From Thainema sp. (lineage in GTDB: Bacteria; Cyanobacteriota; Cyanobacteriia; Phormidesmidales; Phormidesmidaceae): DNA of 64,000 nucleotides. The DNA lies in assembly GCA_052168235.1 (NCBI GenBank), contig JBQLZK010000019.1, positions 33,955-97,954 on the forward strand, in the 5' to 3' direction. Under the pieces are notes generated by a model, which was given only the letters and a program-made list of their open reading frames with translations, was not told the origin of the DNA and made no database searches. Both the position numbers and the translations under genes were made by a program. Shown here one piece after another: positions 18,835 through 30,337 of this stretch. Within the stretch, counting starts at the first letter, position 1. Each line of letters begins with the position of its first letter.

Positions 18835-19036
18835 GTCAATTCCTCACACATAGAACAAGAGTTATCGCAGTGCGTCAGACGGCTGACAGCATTGAGTACG
18901 TTTGATTGCATCAGCTATCTGACTCGCCATTGCCGCCAAGTCTGTAGCAATGACGGTTGGGCAGGCCAATGCAGCTAGACCACGCATAAATGACCTAGCC
19001 ACGAAGATTGGTAATTTGGTAACGAAGATCAAATTT

Positions 19037-19055
19037 AATGAGAATACTTCTTAAT
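19037..19055. promoter_or_regulatory. Putative Fur box upstream of the TonB receptor
   Basis: Imperfect 19-bp palindrome AATGAGAATACTTCTTAAT. Confidence 0.65.
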
Positions 19056-19423
19056 TATTTGATGGGGCATTGGCCGTCTTGTCAAGTCCCCTGTCAGAAA
19101 TCCCTGTCGTCTTTCAAATCGTTGATCCAAGCTGCCTAGGCGATGCATTAGCAGCACTCGTGAGTTAATCGATTTTGGCTGAGATCTTGGCTGGGATTTT
19201 GGCTGAGCTATTTGATTTTGCTGAGCTATTTACTCGAAATCCCTTCTGCATCAGCACTGAAGCCAATTTATCGTACAGTTTGATAAACGCTCCTGACAGA
19301 TTAGCGGTTTGCTCAACCTCTTGCATAACCCAAGTGTCTCAAGCGCGTCCTGATTAAACTTTCAACGGACGATATTAGCGATAAGATTCAACCTTGCCAA
19401 ACAGGAAAAGATTGCGTATTCTT

Positions 19424-19442
19424 GTTGAGAATTCTTATCAAG
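19424..19442. promoter_or_regulatory. Putative Fur box immediately upstream of the FAAL ATG
   Basis: Imperfect palindrome GTTGAGAATTCTTATCAAG. Confidence 0.7.
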
Positions 19443-19445
19443 CAA

Positions 19446-21233
19446 ATGGCCTCTACCTTCAGTTCTTTGACTGCCCATCGTGCTGACATGACATGGGTAG
19501 ATATCTTGCGCGATCGCAACGACCAGCAATCGGATCAAGTTGCCTTTCAGTTTTGGGAAACAGGTGAGTCGCTCACTGCAAGTTTGACCTATGGGGCACT
19601 CGATCAGCGTAGTCGGGCGGTCGCAGCTCAGCTCCAGGCCCGTCAGCTCCAGCATGAGCGGGTGCTGATTCTTTGTCAACCAGGGCTGGACTACATTGTG
19701 GCGTTCTGTGCCTGCCTCTATGCAGGTGCGATCGCAGTGCCCATTTATCCGCCTCGACCGAATCAGCTACTGGAGCGACTGCAAGCAATTGCGGCAGACG
19801 CTCAGCCGGCTATGTTACTGACCACACAGGCATTTAACACTCAGATCAAGCAGCTTGATTCAGATTCAGAGTTGAATTCGTTTATTCGGACTCTGCCGTG
19901 CTTGGTGGTCGATCAAATTGATGGGCAGGATGCAGGGGACTGGCAAGCACCTGAGATCCAGGCCGATACGATTGCGCTGTTGCAGTATACCTCTGGCTCC
20001 ACCGCGTCACCCAAGGGTGTGCAGGTGAGCCACGGGAATTTGCTGCATAATGCGGCTGCGATTCGCCAGCGGTTCGAGCTGACGCCTGCAAGTTCTGCTG
20101 TGATTTGGCTGCCGCCGTATCACGATATGGGTCTGATTGGTGGCATCCTACAGCCCATCTATGCCGGGTTTCCCGTGACGTTGATGCCGCCGGTGGCGTT
20201 TTTGCAGCGGCCTTTGCGATGGCTACAGGCAATTGCTCAAACCCGAGCGACGGTTAGCGGTGCGCCGAATTTTGCCTATGATCTCTGTGTGCAGCGCAGC
20301 ACGCCGGAACAGCGAGCTAGTCTCGACTTAAGCCACTGGACTTTGGCCTTTACTGGTGCTGAACCAATTCGGGCTGATACCCTAGATCGATTCGCTACTG
20401 CCTTTGCTGACTGTGGTTTTCGGCGAAATGCGTTTTATCCCTGCTACGGCATGGCTGAAGCGACGTTGATGGTCACAGGCGGGTTGCGATCTCACCTTCC
20501 CAAAACGATTTCCGTCTGCGGCGATCGGCTTGAACAGCACCATGTTCAGGTCACTGATCCCACTGCTCCAGACTGCCGCGTACTGGTGGGCTGTGGCTCT
20601 CCCATTGCCGATAGCCAAGTCGTTATCGTTAATCCAGACACGCGGATACGCTGTCAACCCAATGAAATTGGCGAAATTTGGGTGGCCAGTCCCAGCGTGG
20701 CGCACGGATACTGGAATCGTCCCCAGCAAACCCTAGAAACCTTCCATGTTTATCTGGCTGATACGAGCGAGGGACCATTTTTACGGACGGGTGATCTGGG
20801 CTGGATGGAGGACGGTGAGCTGGTTGTGACGGGACGGTTGAAGGAAGTCATGGTGATTCGCGGTCGCAATCACTATGCTAGCGATTTGGAGAAAACGGTG
20901 GTGGCGAGCCATCCAGCGCTAGGGGCAAGCTGGGGGGCCGCATTTACGATTGAACAGGCTGGAGCAACTCATCTCGTCATTGTCCAAGAAGTGACGCGCA
21001 CATGGATTCGGCAACTGCAGCCCCAGAAAGTGATTACAGCCATTCGGCAGCGCATTGCCCAGGTTCACGGTTTGCAGGTCGATACGGTGGTTTTGGTCAA
21101 GCCCAGCAGTCTGCCGAAAACGTCGAGCGGCAAGATTCAGCGGCATCGCTGTCGATCCCAATTCTTAGCCAATCAATTACAAAGCATTGCCGAAGATCGC
21201 CGTGCTCTGGCTAATCATCAACAGTCCGATTAA
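19446..21233 (+). CDS. Fatty acyl-AMP ligase (FAAL), lipopeptide starter
   Basis: LQYTSGSTASPKGV, WLPPYHDMGLIG, PNFAY, YGMAEATL, FLRTGDLG, PKTSSGKIQR. Confidence 0.93.
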   Translation: MASTFSSLTAHRADMTWVDILRDRNDQQSDQVAFQFWETGESLTASLTYGALDQRSRAVAAQLQARQLQHERVLILCQPGLDYIVAFCACLYAGAIAVPIYPPRPNQLLERLQAIAADAQPAMLLTTQAFNTQIKQLDSDSELNSFIRTLPCLVVDQIDGQDAGDWQAPEIQADTIALLQYTSGSTASPKGVQVSHGNLLHNAAAIRQRFELTPASSAVIWLPPYHDMGLIGGILQPIYAGFPVTLMPPVAFLQRPLRWLQAIAQTRATVSGAPNFAYDLCVQRSTPEQRASLDLSHWTLAFTGAEPIRADTLDRFATAFADCGFRRNAFYPCYGMAEATLMVTGGLRSHLPKTISVCGDRLEQHHVQVTDPTAPDCRVLVGCGSPIADSQVVIVNPDTRIRCQPNEIGEIWVASPSVAHGYWNRPQQTLETFHVYLADTSEGPFLRTGDLGWMEDGELVVTGRLKEVMVIRGRNHYASDLEKTVVASHPALGASWGAAFTIEQAGATHLVIVQEVTRTWIRQLQPQKVITAIRQRIAQVHGLQVDTVVLVKPSSLPKTSSGKIQRHRCRSQFLANQLQSIAEDRRALANHQQSD

Positions 21234-21266
21234 ACCCGCTAACTTATATGACTGGAATCTTGAATT

Positions 21267-21557
21267 ATGAATCAGCCCTTCGATGCGATCGCAGCTTACT
21301 CCGCTCATCAAAATCATATTCAGCCTTCAGCCGAAGCCATTGAGCTATGGATGATTGAGCGCTTGGCCAATCTTTTCCAAACGGATATCAATAACATTGA
21401 TCCGGAGGTGCCGTTTGATGACTACGGGCTGGATTCCGCTGCGGCAGTTGGTTTAACCGGAGAACTGGAGGAGTGGCTACAGCGCTCTGTCTCGCCAACT
21501 TTACTGTATGACTACCCCACGATTGCTGGATTAGCTGATTACTTGGCACATTCCTAG
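21267..21557 (+). CDS. Stand-alone acyl carrier protein
   Basis: Phosphopantetheine site YGLDS; PTLLYDYPTI. Confidence 0.92.
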   Translation: MNQPFDAIAAYSAHQNHIQPSAEAIELWMIERLANLFQTDINNIDPEVPFDDYGLDSAAAVGLTGELEEWLQRSVSPTLLYDYPTIAGLADYLAHS

Positions 21558-21622
21558 CATCAGGCTTTCGCCGATATGACTCATCAATCCCATTAACCGC
21601 AACCACATTAGAGGAATTGGGC

Positions 21623-24600
21623 ATGAACTCCGTTGCCATTGTGGGATTATCCTGCCGCTTTCCAGGTGCAGACAGTCCCGATGCGTTTTGGCACTTGCTC
21701 CAGCAGGGGCAAGATGCCGTTACGCGCATACCCCACGATCGCCAAAATCCTGATTTAGCAGGTGATTCAGGCGCTAGTTTAAATCCTGCTTTTAGCGATC
21801 AAACGAATAGCTTTAAGGCTGATTGGGGTGGTTTTTTGTCGGAAATCGATCAGTTTGATGCCGATTTCTTTGGCATTTCGCCGCGTGAAGCCGAACAGAT
21901 TGATCCCCAGCAGCGGTTGCTGTTGGAAGTTACCTGGGAAGGCCTAGAGCAAGCTGCGATCGCACCCAGCACGTTGGCAGGTAGCAACACCGGAGTATTC
22001 ATTGGCATTAGCCACAGTGACTATCGCCACGCGCTTCAGCAGCAAGGAACTCCAAATCCCTATAGCGGAACGGGTACAGCCTTATGCATCGCCGCCAATC
22101 GAATTTCCTATCGGCTAAATTTACGAGGGCCAAGCTTAGCGGTAGATACGGCCTGTTCGTCTTCGCTGATGGCTGTGCATTTAGCGTGCCAGAGCTTGAA
22201 GACAGGCGAGTGTGGTCTTGCGATCGCAGGTGGTGTCAATCTCAGGCTGTCGTCTACACTGACGCGGGTGTTTCAGCAGGCGGGCATGATGGCCGCCGAT
22301 GGTCGCTGCAAAACCTTTGATGCCCAAGCAGATGGCTACGTCCGCTCCGAGGGATGCGGCGTAGTGGTACTCAAGCGACTGGCGGATGCGGAACGAGATT
22401 GCGATCGCATTTTTGCGGCGATTCGGGGTTCTGCCGTCAACCAGGACGGGCTGAGTAATGGGCTAACTGCTCCGAATGGCCCAGCTCAGCAGGCGGTTAT
22501 TCGACAGGCTCTAGTCCAGGCAGGTGTTGCCCCCCATGCCGTCAGCTATGTGGAAGCTCACGGGACTGGTACGGCTTTGGGCGATCCGATTGAGGTGAAC
22601 GCCTTAAAATCAGTGCTGATGGAGGGGCGCTCGCCGCAGCAGCCCTGCGCGATTGGCTCGGTCAAAACCAACATTGGTCATCTCGAAGCCGCCGCAGGCA
22701 TGGCCAGCCTGATTAAAGTTGTGCTAGCGCTCCAGCACCGCCAGATTCCGCCCCATCTGCATCTACAGCAGCTTAATCCTCGCATTGACCTATCGGAAAC
22801 GCCGTTCTTTATTCCGCAACAGCTACAGCCGTGGCAGCTACCCGCAGGTGAAAACGATTACATAGCAGGCATTAGCGCTTTTAGCTTTGGCGGAACCAAT
22901 GCTCATATAATCATGTCTGCGGCTCCTGAACTACCCGTTCAGTTGCCCAAAACATTACCAGGACAGTCATCGACAGAAGTACAGGCAGGCTCTGCGTGGC
23001 ACCTACTAATGCTGTCAGCCAAATCCAAACCCGCTTTGTCGGCTTTGGCTAGGCGCTACGCTCAGTTCTTGCAGGCGCAACCTGATGTGAGCCTAGACAA
23101 CCTCTGTTTTACCGCTCACACGGGACGTTCAGCGTTTCCCCATCGCTGTGCAATTGTGGCAAACTCGGTGACGGATCTGCGATCGCAACTCTCTTTAGCA
23201 ACTCAAGGCCAGGCAGGTGAGCAAATTCTACAGGCAAAAGCAGCGCGACGGCAACCTGCGATTACGTTTCTATGCACGGGACAGGGCGCTCAGTACGTGG
23301 GCATGGGTCGCCAGCTTTACCAAACGCAGCCCACGTTTCGCCGCATTTTGCAGAACTGCGATCAGTTCTTACGTACAGAGTTTGATCAGCCGTTACTCAG
23401 CCTGCTGTATCCCGAAACAGAGACAGAGGCTAGCGCGGCGCAGCTCAACCAAACGGCCTATACACAGCCGGCTCTGTTTGCCCTAGAGTACGCTTTAGCC
23501 GAACTGTGGCGCGAGTGGGGCGTTGTGCCCCAGCAGGTGATTGGACACAGCCTCGGTGAGTATGTGGCCGCCTGCGTGGCGGGAGCTTTGAGCTGGGAGG
23601 ATGGCCTACGGCTGGTCACTGTGCGATCGCATTTAATGCAAAGCCTACCAGCTAACGGCACGATGGCAGTGGTCTTTGCAGCGGCTGAGACTATACAAAC
23701 AGCAATCGATCAGGTTGGAAGTGCAGTTGCGATCGCAGTCGTCAACAGCTCCCGCAATACAGTTATTGCTGGCGTTAAAGCAGCGGTTGATCAGGTACTA
23801 CAGGTACTAGCTGAGCAGAGCATTCGTAGTCGCGCTCTACCCGTTTCCCATGCGTTTCACTCGCCGCTGATGGAGCCGATTTTGGCCAAATTCGAGGCAG
23901 TAGCCGCTTCGATCACCTATCAAACGCCTCACATTCCAATGATTTCCAATGTGACAGGGCAGCCGCTGACCTCTCCACCCGATGCCGCCTATTGGTGCCA
24001 GCATCTGCGACAGACCGTTCAGTTTGCGGCTGGTGTGGAATATTTGGCGACTCAAACTAGTCTCCAGAACAGTCAGCAGAACAGCCTATGGGTCGAAATT
24101 GGCCCCCACTCCACACTGCTGGGCATTGTGCAGCGGGACTATCCAGCCGCTGTGCAGCCCTGGCTACCGTCTTTGGAACGGGGAGAGAAAGACGAAGCGG
24201 TGATCTTGCGATCGCTAGGTCATCTCGCGACGCAGGGAATTCAAGTGGACTGGACTGCATTTCATCAGCACCGTTCGTGCCAGCGCATTGCCCTGCCAAC
24301 CTATCCGTTTCAGCGTCAGCGTTACTGGTTTCAACCTATGCAGCCTGCTCAACCCATCATGCCATCTTCTAATCATTCTTCCGCCCATTCTTCTGTACCG
24401 CCCGTTGCACCAATTCAGGAAAAGCTCCAGACTTTGGTTGCTGGCTTACTCAAGGTTTCGACTGAGCAAGTGGATACTCAAGCCCCATTTCTGGAAATGG
24501 GAGCGGATTCGATTGTGTTGATTGAAGCCGTGCAGGCAATTGAAGCCAACTTTGGCATCAAGGTCACGATTCGTCAGTTTTTTGAAGACCTCAGGACGAT

Positions 24601-27600
24601 TGAAGAACTAGCTGCATTTATCGCAGCATCTACTGCTCAGCGGGAAGTATCACCCAGCGTGAGTTCCGATACCGTACCGACTACTTCAGATCAGGCTCAA
24701 CTGTCTAGCTCTAAAGTGCAAGCTAATTCTCGATCGCAGTCTGGATCTACTGAAACTCTTAGCAATCCTCAATCTTCACAGCCCGTCAATCCGCCTCTGA
24801 TCCAGTCTATACCCACCAATCGCGGGGCTACAGCGTTAGAGCGCGTTGTGACTCAACAGCTTCAAGTCATGGCGCAGCAGCTCGCGATTTTGCAACAGGC
24901 GGATTCAGCATTGGCTACAGCAGTTACAGCACCAGATACCCTGCCAAATGCTTTGTCAAATGAAGCATCTATTACAGCACCAGCGCCCAAATCAAGCTCT
25001 GTTTCACCTTCTATCCCACAGCCAACTACCGTAGCTCGTCCGTCACCCAAATCGGTGTCTGCCGAAACAACTGCGGCGCTGACCGCTCAGCAACAGCAGC
25101 ATCTCCAGTCACTGATTCAGCGCTACACTCAGCGCACGGCAGGATCAAAACGGCGAAAGGAGATGAGCCATCCTTACTTGGCGGATAGTCGTGCCTGTGC
25201 TGGATTTCGGCGCTCCACCAAAGAAATGCTGTATCCGATTGTCGGCATCCGTGCTGCTGGATCGCGGTTATGGGATGTTGACGGCAATGAGTACATTGAC
25301 ATAACGATGGGGTTTGGGGTGCATTTGTTTGGTCATGCCGCTCCGTTTATTCAGTCTGCTTTGGAAGCCCAGTTACAGAAAGGCACTCAAATTGGCCCCC
25401 AAGCCGAACTAGCGGGCGAGGTGGCGCAGCTCATTCATGAGCTAACTGGCATGGAACGCGTTACCTTTGCTCAGTCGGGCACAGAGGCCGTCATGACGGC
25501 GTTACGACTAGCCCGCACAGCAACGGGACGCACCAAGATTGCTCGCTTTGCCCAGTCCTACCACGGTCATTTTGATGGAGTCTTAGCGCGATCGCAATCG
25601 GTTGGGGATGGACAGCAAACGGTGCCGCTTGCGCCAGGTATTCCGTCCGGTATGGTCGAGGATGTGCTGGTGCTGGAATATGGCAATCTGCGATCGCTCC
25701 AGGTGCTGCAAGATCACGCTCATGAACTGGCTGCTGTCCTGGTGGAGCCAGTGCAGAGCCGTCGCCCTGATGTACAGCCCCGTCAGTTTCTGCACGATCT
25801 CCGGCAGCTCACGGTTGATCACGGTATCGCGCTAATTTTTGATGAGATTATTACTGGATTTCGGATTCATCCCGGTGGTGCACAGGCTTGGTTTGGCGTT
25901 GAAGCCGACATAGCCACCTACGGCAAAGTCCTAGGAGGCGGTATGCCGATTGGCGTGATTGCTGGCAAGGCGCAGTACATGGACGGGATCGACGGTGGCC
26001 TGTGGCACTACGGTGACGATTCCTATCCTAGTGCTGAGCGGACGTTTTTTGCCGGAACGTTCTGTAAGCCTCCCCTGGCGCTGGCCGCCGCTAAAGCCGT
26101 CTTGCTGCATCTGAAGCAGGAGGGTGCCCAACTCCAGGAACAGCTCAACCAGCGGACGACCCAGCTCGTGCAGCGCTTGAATTCATTCTTTGACCAGGCT
26201 GAAGTACCCATTCGGATGGTGCAGTTTGGCTCCCTCTTCCGCTTTGCCTTTACCGGAAACTATGACTTGCTGTTTTATCACCTGATTGAAAAAGGCATCT
26301 ACATCTGGGAAGGCCGCAATTGCTTTCTGTCAACGGCTCATACCGAGGCTGACGTCGAGCGAATTATTCAAGCTGTTCAAGCATCCGTCGCTGAGATGCA
26401 GGCCGGAGGTTTTCTGCCGGGAAAGTCTTTAACGGTAGTGGAAACGCTGCCCCTGACGCCCAGCCAGCAGGAGATTTGGCTGCTCGCTCATCTGCAAACC
26501 GCCGCCTCTCTCGCCTATAACGAATCCATTTGGTTAGATCTGCGCGGCAAGCTAGAGGTTTCGGTTTTACATCGGAGTTTGCAACAGGTTGTCAATCGTC
26601 ATGAGGCGCTGAGAACCGCTTTCCTACCGTCCGGAGAGGCGCAGCAGATTCAGCCTCAGGTTACGGTGGATTTGCCGGTGATCGATTTTACGTCTGATTC
26701 ATCGTCAGCTTCACCCTCAGAGCAGGCAACTCGTCTGCAAGCGTGGCTGCAAGCTGAACAGCAACAGCCCTTTGACCTGACACAGGCACCACTCCTGCGC
26801 GTGCAGTTACTGAAGCTGGCCGAGCAGCATTACGGCCTGGTGCTGACCGTTCATCATATTGTGGTGGATGGCTGGTCAACGCAGGTTTTGCTGGAGGAGA
26901 TGACGGCTTTTTACAACGCTGCTGTCCAGGAACGCACTGTCGAAGAAAGTGCGATCGCACTTCCTCCACCTGCCTCTTATCGCGCTTATATTCAGCGCCA
27001 GTGCCAAACTCCGGCTCAAGATAAAGCCTACTGGCGCGATCAGTTTGCTCAAGGACTGCCTCGCTGGCGTTTACCAACTGAGTCTACAGCCGATCAGCAG
27101 GCTGACTACCGAGGCGATCAGCTCCAGTATGAACTGCCCACTAACCTATATCAAACTATTCAAACCTGGAGCGGTCAGCAGGGCTGTACACCGTTCATGA
27201 CCTTGCTGGCAGGGTTTAACTTGCTCTTGCATCGGTGTAGTAAAGTATCGGATTTAATCGTTGGTATTTCTGTTGCTGGACAGGCACAGCAAGATAATCC
27301 AAACCTGGTTGGGCACTGCGTCAACGTCCTGCCGCTGCGGAGCCAGATTCAGCCTGATCAATCACTGATCAATTATCTGCACAACTTGCGGACTCGTTTA
27401 TTGGACAGCTACGACCACGTCAATTATTCGTTCAGCCAGCTTGTGCGATCGCTACAGATACCGCGCGATCCGCGCACACCTATCTTGCCTGTGCTGTTCA
27501 ACCTTGATCCATCGCTGCCTGTACCGTCCCTGCATGATTTAGCAGTCAATGTTGTGCCCCAGCCGCCTGTCTATGTCCGCTGGGATTTAACCTGGCATCT

Positions 27601-27859
27601 GGTCGAAATGGACAATACCTTGCAGTTGAACTGTCTCTACGGTGCTAGCCTGTTTGAGCCAGCGACCTTACAGAGGTGGATTGCTGAGTATGTGGCGCTT
27701 CTACGAGGAATGATTCAGAATCCTCAGGTTTCGATTCAAGACCTGGATCAGCAGCTAGATCATCTGACCAAAACCCAGTCCCGACAGCTACAGGTTACAT
27801 TAACCCAAACCAACCGCCAGAAGCTGGAATTGATCCATCGACGAGCCGTTCAGCCGTAG
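21623..27859 (+). CDS. Hybrid PKS/NRPS: KS-AT-ACP-aminotransferase(class III)-C
   Basis: KS DTACSSS/HGTGT/KTNIGH; AT GHSLG and HAFHS (malonyl); ACP GADS; aminotransferase [14 protein letters not shown] domain HHIVVDG. Confidence 0.93.
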   Translation: MNSVAIVGLSCRFPGADSPDAFWHLLQQGQDAVTRIPHDRQNPDLAGDSGASLNPAFSDQTNSFKADWGGFLSEIDQFDADFFGISPREAEQIDPQQRLLLEVTWEGLEQAAIAPSTLAGSNTGVFIGISHSDYRHALQQQGTPNPYSGTGTALCIAANRISYRLNLRGPSLAVDTACSSSLMAVHLACQSLKTGECGLAIAGGVNLRLSSTLTRVFQQAGMMAADGRCKTFDAQADGYVRSEGCGVVVLKRLADAERDCDRIFAAIRGSAVNQDGLSNGLTAPNGPAQQAVIRQALVQAGVAPHAVSYVEAHGTGTALGDPIEVNALKSVLMEGRSPQQPCAIGSVKTNIGHLEAAAGMASLIKVVLALQHRQIPPHLHLQQLNPRIDLSETPFFIPQQLQPWQLPAGENDYIAGISAFSFGGTNAHIIMSAAPELPVQLPKTLPGQSSTEVQAGSAWHLLMLSAKSKPALSALARRYAQFLQAQPDVSLDNLCFTAHTGRSAFPHRCAIVANSVTDLRSQLSLATQGQAGEQILQAKAARRQPAITFLCTGQGAQYVGMGRQLYQTQPTFRRILQNCDQFLRTEFDQPLLSLLYPETETEASAAQLNQTAYTQPALFALEYALAELWREWGVVPQQVIGHSLGEYVAACVAGALSWEDGLRLVTVRSHLMQSLPANGTMAVVFAAAETIQTAIDQVGSAVAIAVVNSSRNTVIAGVKAAVDQVLQVLAEQSIRSRALPVSHAFHSPLMEPILAKFEAVAASITYQTPHIPMISNVTGQPLTSPPDAAYWCQHLRQTVQFAAGVEYLATQTSLQNSQQNSLWVEIGPHSTLLGIVQRDYPAAVQPWLPSLERGEKDEAVILRSLGHLATQGIQVDWTAFHQHRSCQRIALPTYPFQRQRYWFQPMQPAQPIMPSSNHSSAHSSVPPVAPIQEKLQTLVAGLLKVSTEQVDTQAPFLEMGADSIVLIEAVQAIEANFGIKVTIRQFFEDLRTIEELAAFIAASTAQREVSPSVSSDTVPTTSDQAQLSSSKVQANSRSQSGSTETLSNPQSSQPVNPPLIQSIPTNRGATALERVVTQQLQVMAQQLAILQQADSALATAVTAPDTLPNALSNEASITAPAPKSSSVSPSIPQPTTVARPSPKSVSAETTAALTAQQQQHLQSLIQRYTQRTAGSKRRKEMSHPYLADSRACAGFRRSTKEMLYPIVGIRAAGSRLWDVDGNEYIDITMGFGVHLFGHAAPFIQSALEAQLQKGTQIGPQAELAGEVAQLIHELTGMERVTFAQSGTEAVMTALRLARTATGRTKIARFAQSYHGHFDGVLARSQSVGDGQQTVPLAPGIPSGMVEDVLVLEYGNLRSLQVLQDHAHELAAVLVEPVQSRRPDVQPRQFLHDLRQLTVDHGIALIFDEIITGFRIHPGGAQAWFGVEADIATYGKVLGGGMPIGVIAGKAQYMDGIDGGLWHYGDDSYPSAERTFFAGTFCKPPLALAAAKAVLLHLKQEGAQLQEQLNQRTTQLVQRLNSFFDQAEVPIRMVQFGSLFRFAFTGNYDLLFYHLIEKGIYIWEGRNCFLSTAHTEADVERIIQAVQASVAEMQAGGFLPGKSLTVVETLPLTPSQQEIWLLAHLQTAASLAYNESIWLDLRGKLEVSVLHRSLQQVVNRHEALRTAFLPSGEAQQIQPQVTVDLPVIDFTSDSSSASPSEQATRLQAWLQAEQQQPFDLTQAPLLRVQLLKLAEQHYGLVLTVHHIVVDGWSTQVLLEEMTAFYNAAVQERTVEESAIALPPPASYRAYIQRQCQTPAQDKAYWRDQFAQGLPRWRLPTESTADQQADYRGDQLQYELPTNLYQTIQTWSGQQGCTPFMTLLAGFNLLLHRCSKVSDLIVGISVAGQAQQDNPNLVGHCVNVLPLRSQIQPDQSLINYLHNLRTRLLDSYDHVNYSFSQLVRSLQIPRDPRTPILPVLFNLDPSLPVPSLHDLAVNVVPQPPVYVRWDLTWHLVEMDNTLQLNCLYGASLFEPATLQRWIAEYVALLRGMIQNPQVSIQDLDQQLDHLTKTQSRQLQVTLTQTNRQKLELIHRRAVQP

Positions 27860-27877
27860 ATCAAGTCGAATATATAC

Positions 27878-27926
27878 ACTTATGTCTGTGGAAAGCTGGC
27901 TAAGCCAGCCTTCCACAGACATAAGT
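27878..27926. terminator. Long hairpin between convergent genes
   Basis: ACTTATGTCTGTGGAAAGCTGGC-taa-GCCAGCCTTCCACAGACATAAGT. Confidence 0.65.
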
Positions 27927-27973
27927 TGAGTTTTAAATTGCGCGTTGCTTAACCCAACCTACAAAGATTAGTC

Positions 27974-28966
27974 CTAGGTTTCTACCAAAACTTTCCTCAG
28001 ATCGTGAACTTGGTACTGCTTTATGGATCTGAAATCGCCCTTGCCAGAGTTATTCAGCGTTGTCACTGAGCCGCTGACAGCAACCGTAGCGTGATAGGAG
28101 CCAGAAACTTGTCCATCTGGGCTAGTAAAGTCAATTTGAACCTGAGTGTGCGATCGCACTTCATCTACGTCAATGATTTGGCCGGATTGACGATAGTCGC
28201 ACCAAGCCCAGCCCTCCTGCATGAGGATTTCGCGCTCGACAATTTGAGCCATTGGCGGTAGGCCAGCCCAGCCCCGATAGCAGTCTCGCAGTGCCGTCAC
28301 GGGCTGATCCTGACGCGTGAGAATCTGGGCGGTTTCGAGGTCTAGGTGGCCCCAGTAGCGACCTGTGGGAAAGTCGATCAGCGTGGGGGCTAGCCGATGG
28401 CTGCCGATGTGGCTCGTACGCCAAATCCGAGTGCGATCGCGTTCAGCGTCGGCCTGTAACGCAGCATAGATCGGCTCACCAAACTTGCCGCAGCAGATAT
28501 CCAGTTCGGCGTGGGTACAAATCAGCAAGTCGCGCATTGTATTGTCCTGACGATAAGCATCAAAGGCCGCTAGCTGGTCAGGATGATGCAGCGCTTGCAC
28601 CAGCGGAATGACCTGATCATTGGGTACCCAAAACTCTTGTTTTTCGTAGGTGGCGAACTGTTCCGAGGGTCGCTGCCAGTACAGAATTCGGCGATAGCCT
28701 GGTTTAGAGTAGTTGGGATCAGGTGCGATCGCGAGACAGCGCCCTTTGGCGCTCCGCTGAGCGGCCTGCTGCAAAATTGGCATCAGATCTTTTGGGAAAT
28801 CATCGGCCTGTAGCGCATTGCGACCCCACGGTGGAGCAACTTCAATCACTAAATAGCGATCGCATTCTGAAGCCGAGCCAATCGGATCTTCACCGTTCTG
28901 CTTGGAAAAGACCGCACAGAGATCTGCATCTGGACACGTTGTAACGGATTCGGACGAACTGATCAT
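27974..28966 (-). CDS. Sucrase/ferredoxin-like 2Fe-2S protein
   Basis: LICTHAELDICCGKFG, WRTSHIGSHRLAPT, YRGW. Confidence 0.88.
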   Translation of the reverse strand: MISSSESVTTCPDADLCAVFSKQNGEDPIGSASECDRYLVIEVAPPWGRNALQADDFPKDLMPILQQAAQRSAKGRCLAIAPDPNYSKPGYRRILYWQRPSEQFATYEKQEFWVPNDQVIPLVQALHHPDQLAAFDAYRQDNTMRDLLICTHAELDICCGKFGEPIYAALQADAERDRTRIWRTSHIGSHRLAPTLIDFPTGRYWGHLDLETAQILTRQDQPVTALRDCYRGWAGLPPMAQIVEREILMQEGWAWCDYRQSGQIIDVDEVRSHTQVQIDFTSPDGQVSGSYHATVAVSGSVTTLNNSGKGDFRSIKQYQVHDLRKVLVET

Positions 28967-29175
28967 AGGGCTTCAATTAATGATTGAGGACGAATAATTT
29001 ATCCTTGATGTGGGCAAATGGCTATTTGGCATGTGTTTAGCGCAGCTATGGGATCCCCCGCTGTTGCCGCCCCTTTTTTAAGGGGGCTGTTCTAACTCTG
29101 GCCCAAAGCCCCCTTTTTTCTAGGCGAAGCCATGCCCAAAGGGCTACAGCTAGATAATGCTCGACCACGGTGAAA

Positions 29176-30147
29176 CTAGGTTTGGCCATTCGTAGGTTCA
29201 GCATCCGTTAGATACTTAAAAAGATCATCTAACACGGCGTTGGCAGCCAGGATGCCGTTGCCGAGAAACCAGGTATCAAATGGAACTTGGTAGACGCGAC
29301 CACGTTGGACAGCATCAAGCTGATTCCATAGCGGATGATTCATGATTTGCTGTGCCATTGAATCTTGCGGATTGTCTTGAAAGTAAAAGATCACATCTCC
29401 ATCCATTGCCGGAATGGCTTCAATACTGACCGTTTCGTAAAATTTATCTTTATTTTGGGCTTCCGGTCGGGGGAGTCCAACCTGCTCCAAAACATAGCCA
29501 CAAAATGAGTCTTTCATATACAATCGCACCTGATCAGGCCTGAATCGCAGGACTGAAACGGTTGTTGTATTCAAGCGTTCACCCATTTGCTGCCGAAAGG
29601 CTTGAATACGAGCTTGATAGTCTTGTAGTAACTGTTCGGCTTGCTCAGTCTTGCCCAGCGCTTCTGCGTAGTTCAACAAGGCATCTGCTCGGTTCTCAAC
29701 CAGTACCGTAGGTGCAATCTGAGACAGCGCACCGAAAAGCTGCTGATGGTCGTCCACAGAGCTGAGAATCAAGTCTGGATTAAGCTGCAAAATCGTTTCT
29801 AGATTAGGCTGAGCGGCATGACCAACGTTCTTGATCCCGGCGGTTTTGTTAGCTAGATAGTCTGGAAAATCGCCGTAGTCCGACCGCTGGGGAAATCCAG
29901 CATAGGTTGAGCCAATGGGTTTTGTGCCAAGTGCGATCGCACTATCTAATGCGCTTTGAGCCAACACCACCACTCGTTCAGGAGAATCTGGCACAACCGT
30001 TTCTCCCAAAGCATGTTCAACAACTCGGCCATTTTCTGGCTGCACAGGCTGTGAATCGATTGTTTGGCGACCGCTACAGGCGATCACCAACAGCAGCGGC
30101 ATAGCCACCAGCAGAATCTGCTTTAGGAGTTGAGGCAGCCTAAACAT
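29176..30147 (-). CDS. Fe-siderophore ABC transporter substrate-binding lipoprotein (FecB/FhuD)
   Basis: Lipobox VIAC, PERVVVL, PNLETILQLNPDLI, LSQIAPTV, LWNQLDAVQRGRV. Confidence 0.92.
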   Translation of the reverse strand: MFRLPQLLKQILLVAMPLLLVIACSGRQTIDSQPVQPENGRVVEHALGETVVPDSPERVVVLAQSALDSAIALGTKPIGSTYAGFPQRSDYGDFPDYLANKTAGIKNVGHAAQPNLETILQLNPDLILSSVDDHQQLFGALSQIAPTVLVENRADALLNYAEALGKTEQAEQLLQDYQARIQAFRQQMGERLNTTTVSVLRFRPDQVRLYMKDSFCGYVLEQVGLPRPEAQNKDKFYETVSIEAIPAMDGDVIFYFQDNPQDSMAQQIMNHPLWNQLDAVQRGRVYQVPFDTWFLGNGILAANAVLDDLFKYLTDAEPTNGQT

Positions 30148-30265
30148 AGATACTCTCCGCATCGGCAAGATTGAGAATAGACGTGACATGCAGGCGATGA
30201 TTGCTGGTAAAGATAACCAAACACAAAGCCATCCATCATCGCTCTTTGAGAACCACTGGAATATA

Positions 30266-30284
30266 AGTGAGAATATCTATCAAT
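30266..30284. promoter_or_regulatory. Putative Fur box upstream of the binding-protein gene
   Basis: AGTGAGAATATCTATCAAT, matching the other boxes in the cluster. Confidence 0.65.
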
Positions 30285-30337
30285 TGGGTTTTCTTTCGTA
30301 CCTTAGAGGGATTGCTGTGAGCTTGTCAAGAACCTGA

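Noticed and set aside
29050..29150. CCCCTTTTTTAAGGGGG hairpin region
   Set aside because: A degenerate remnant of the repeat found inside the MITEs, without intact TIRs or target duplication.
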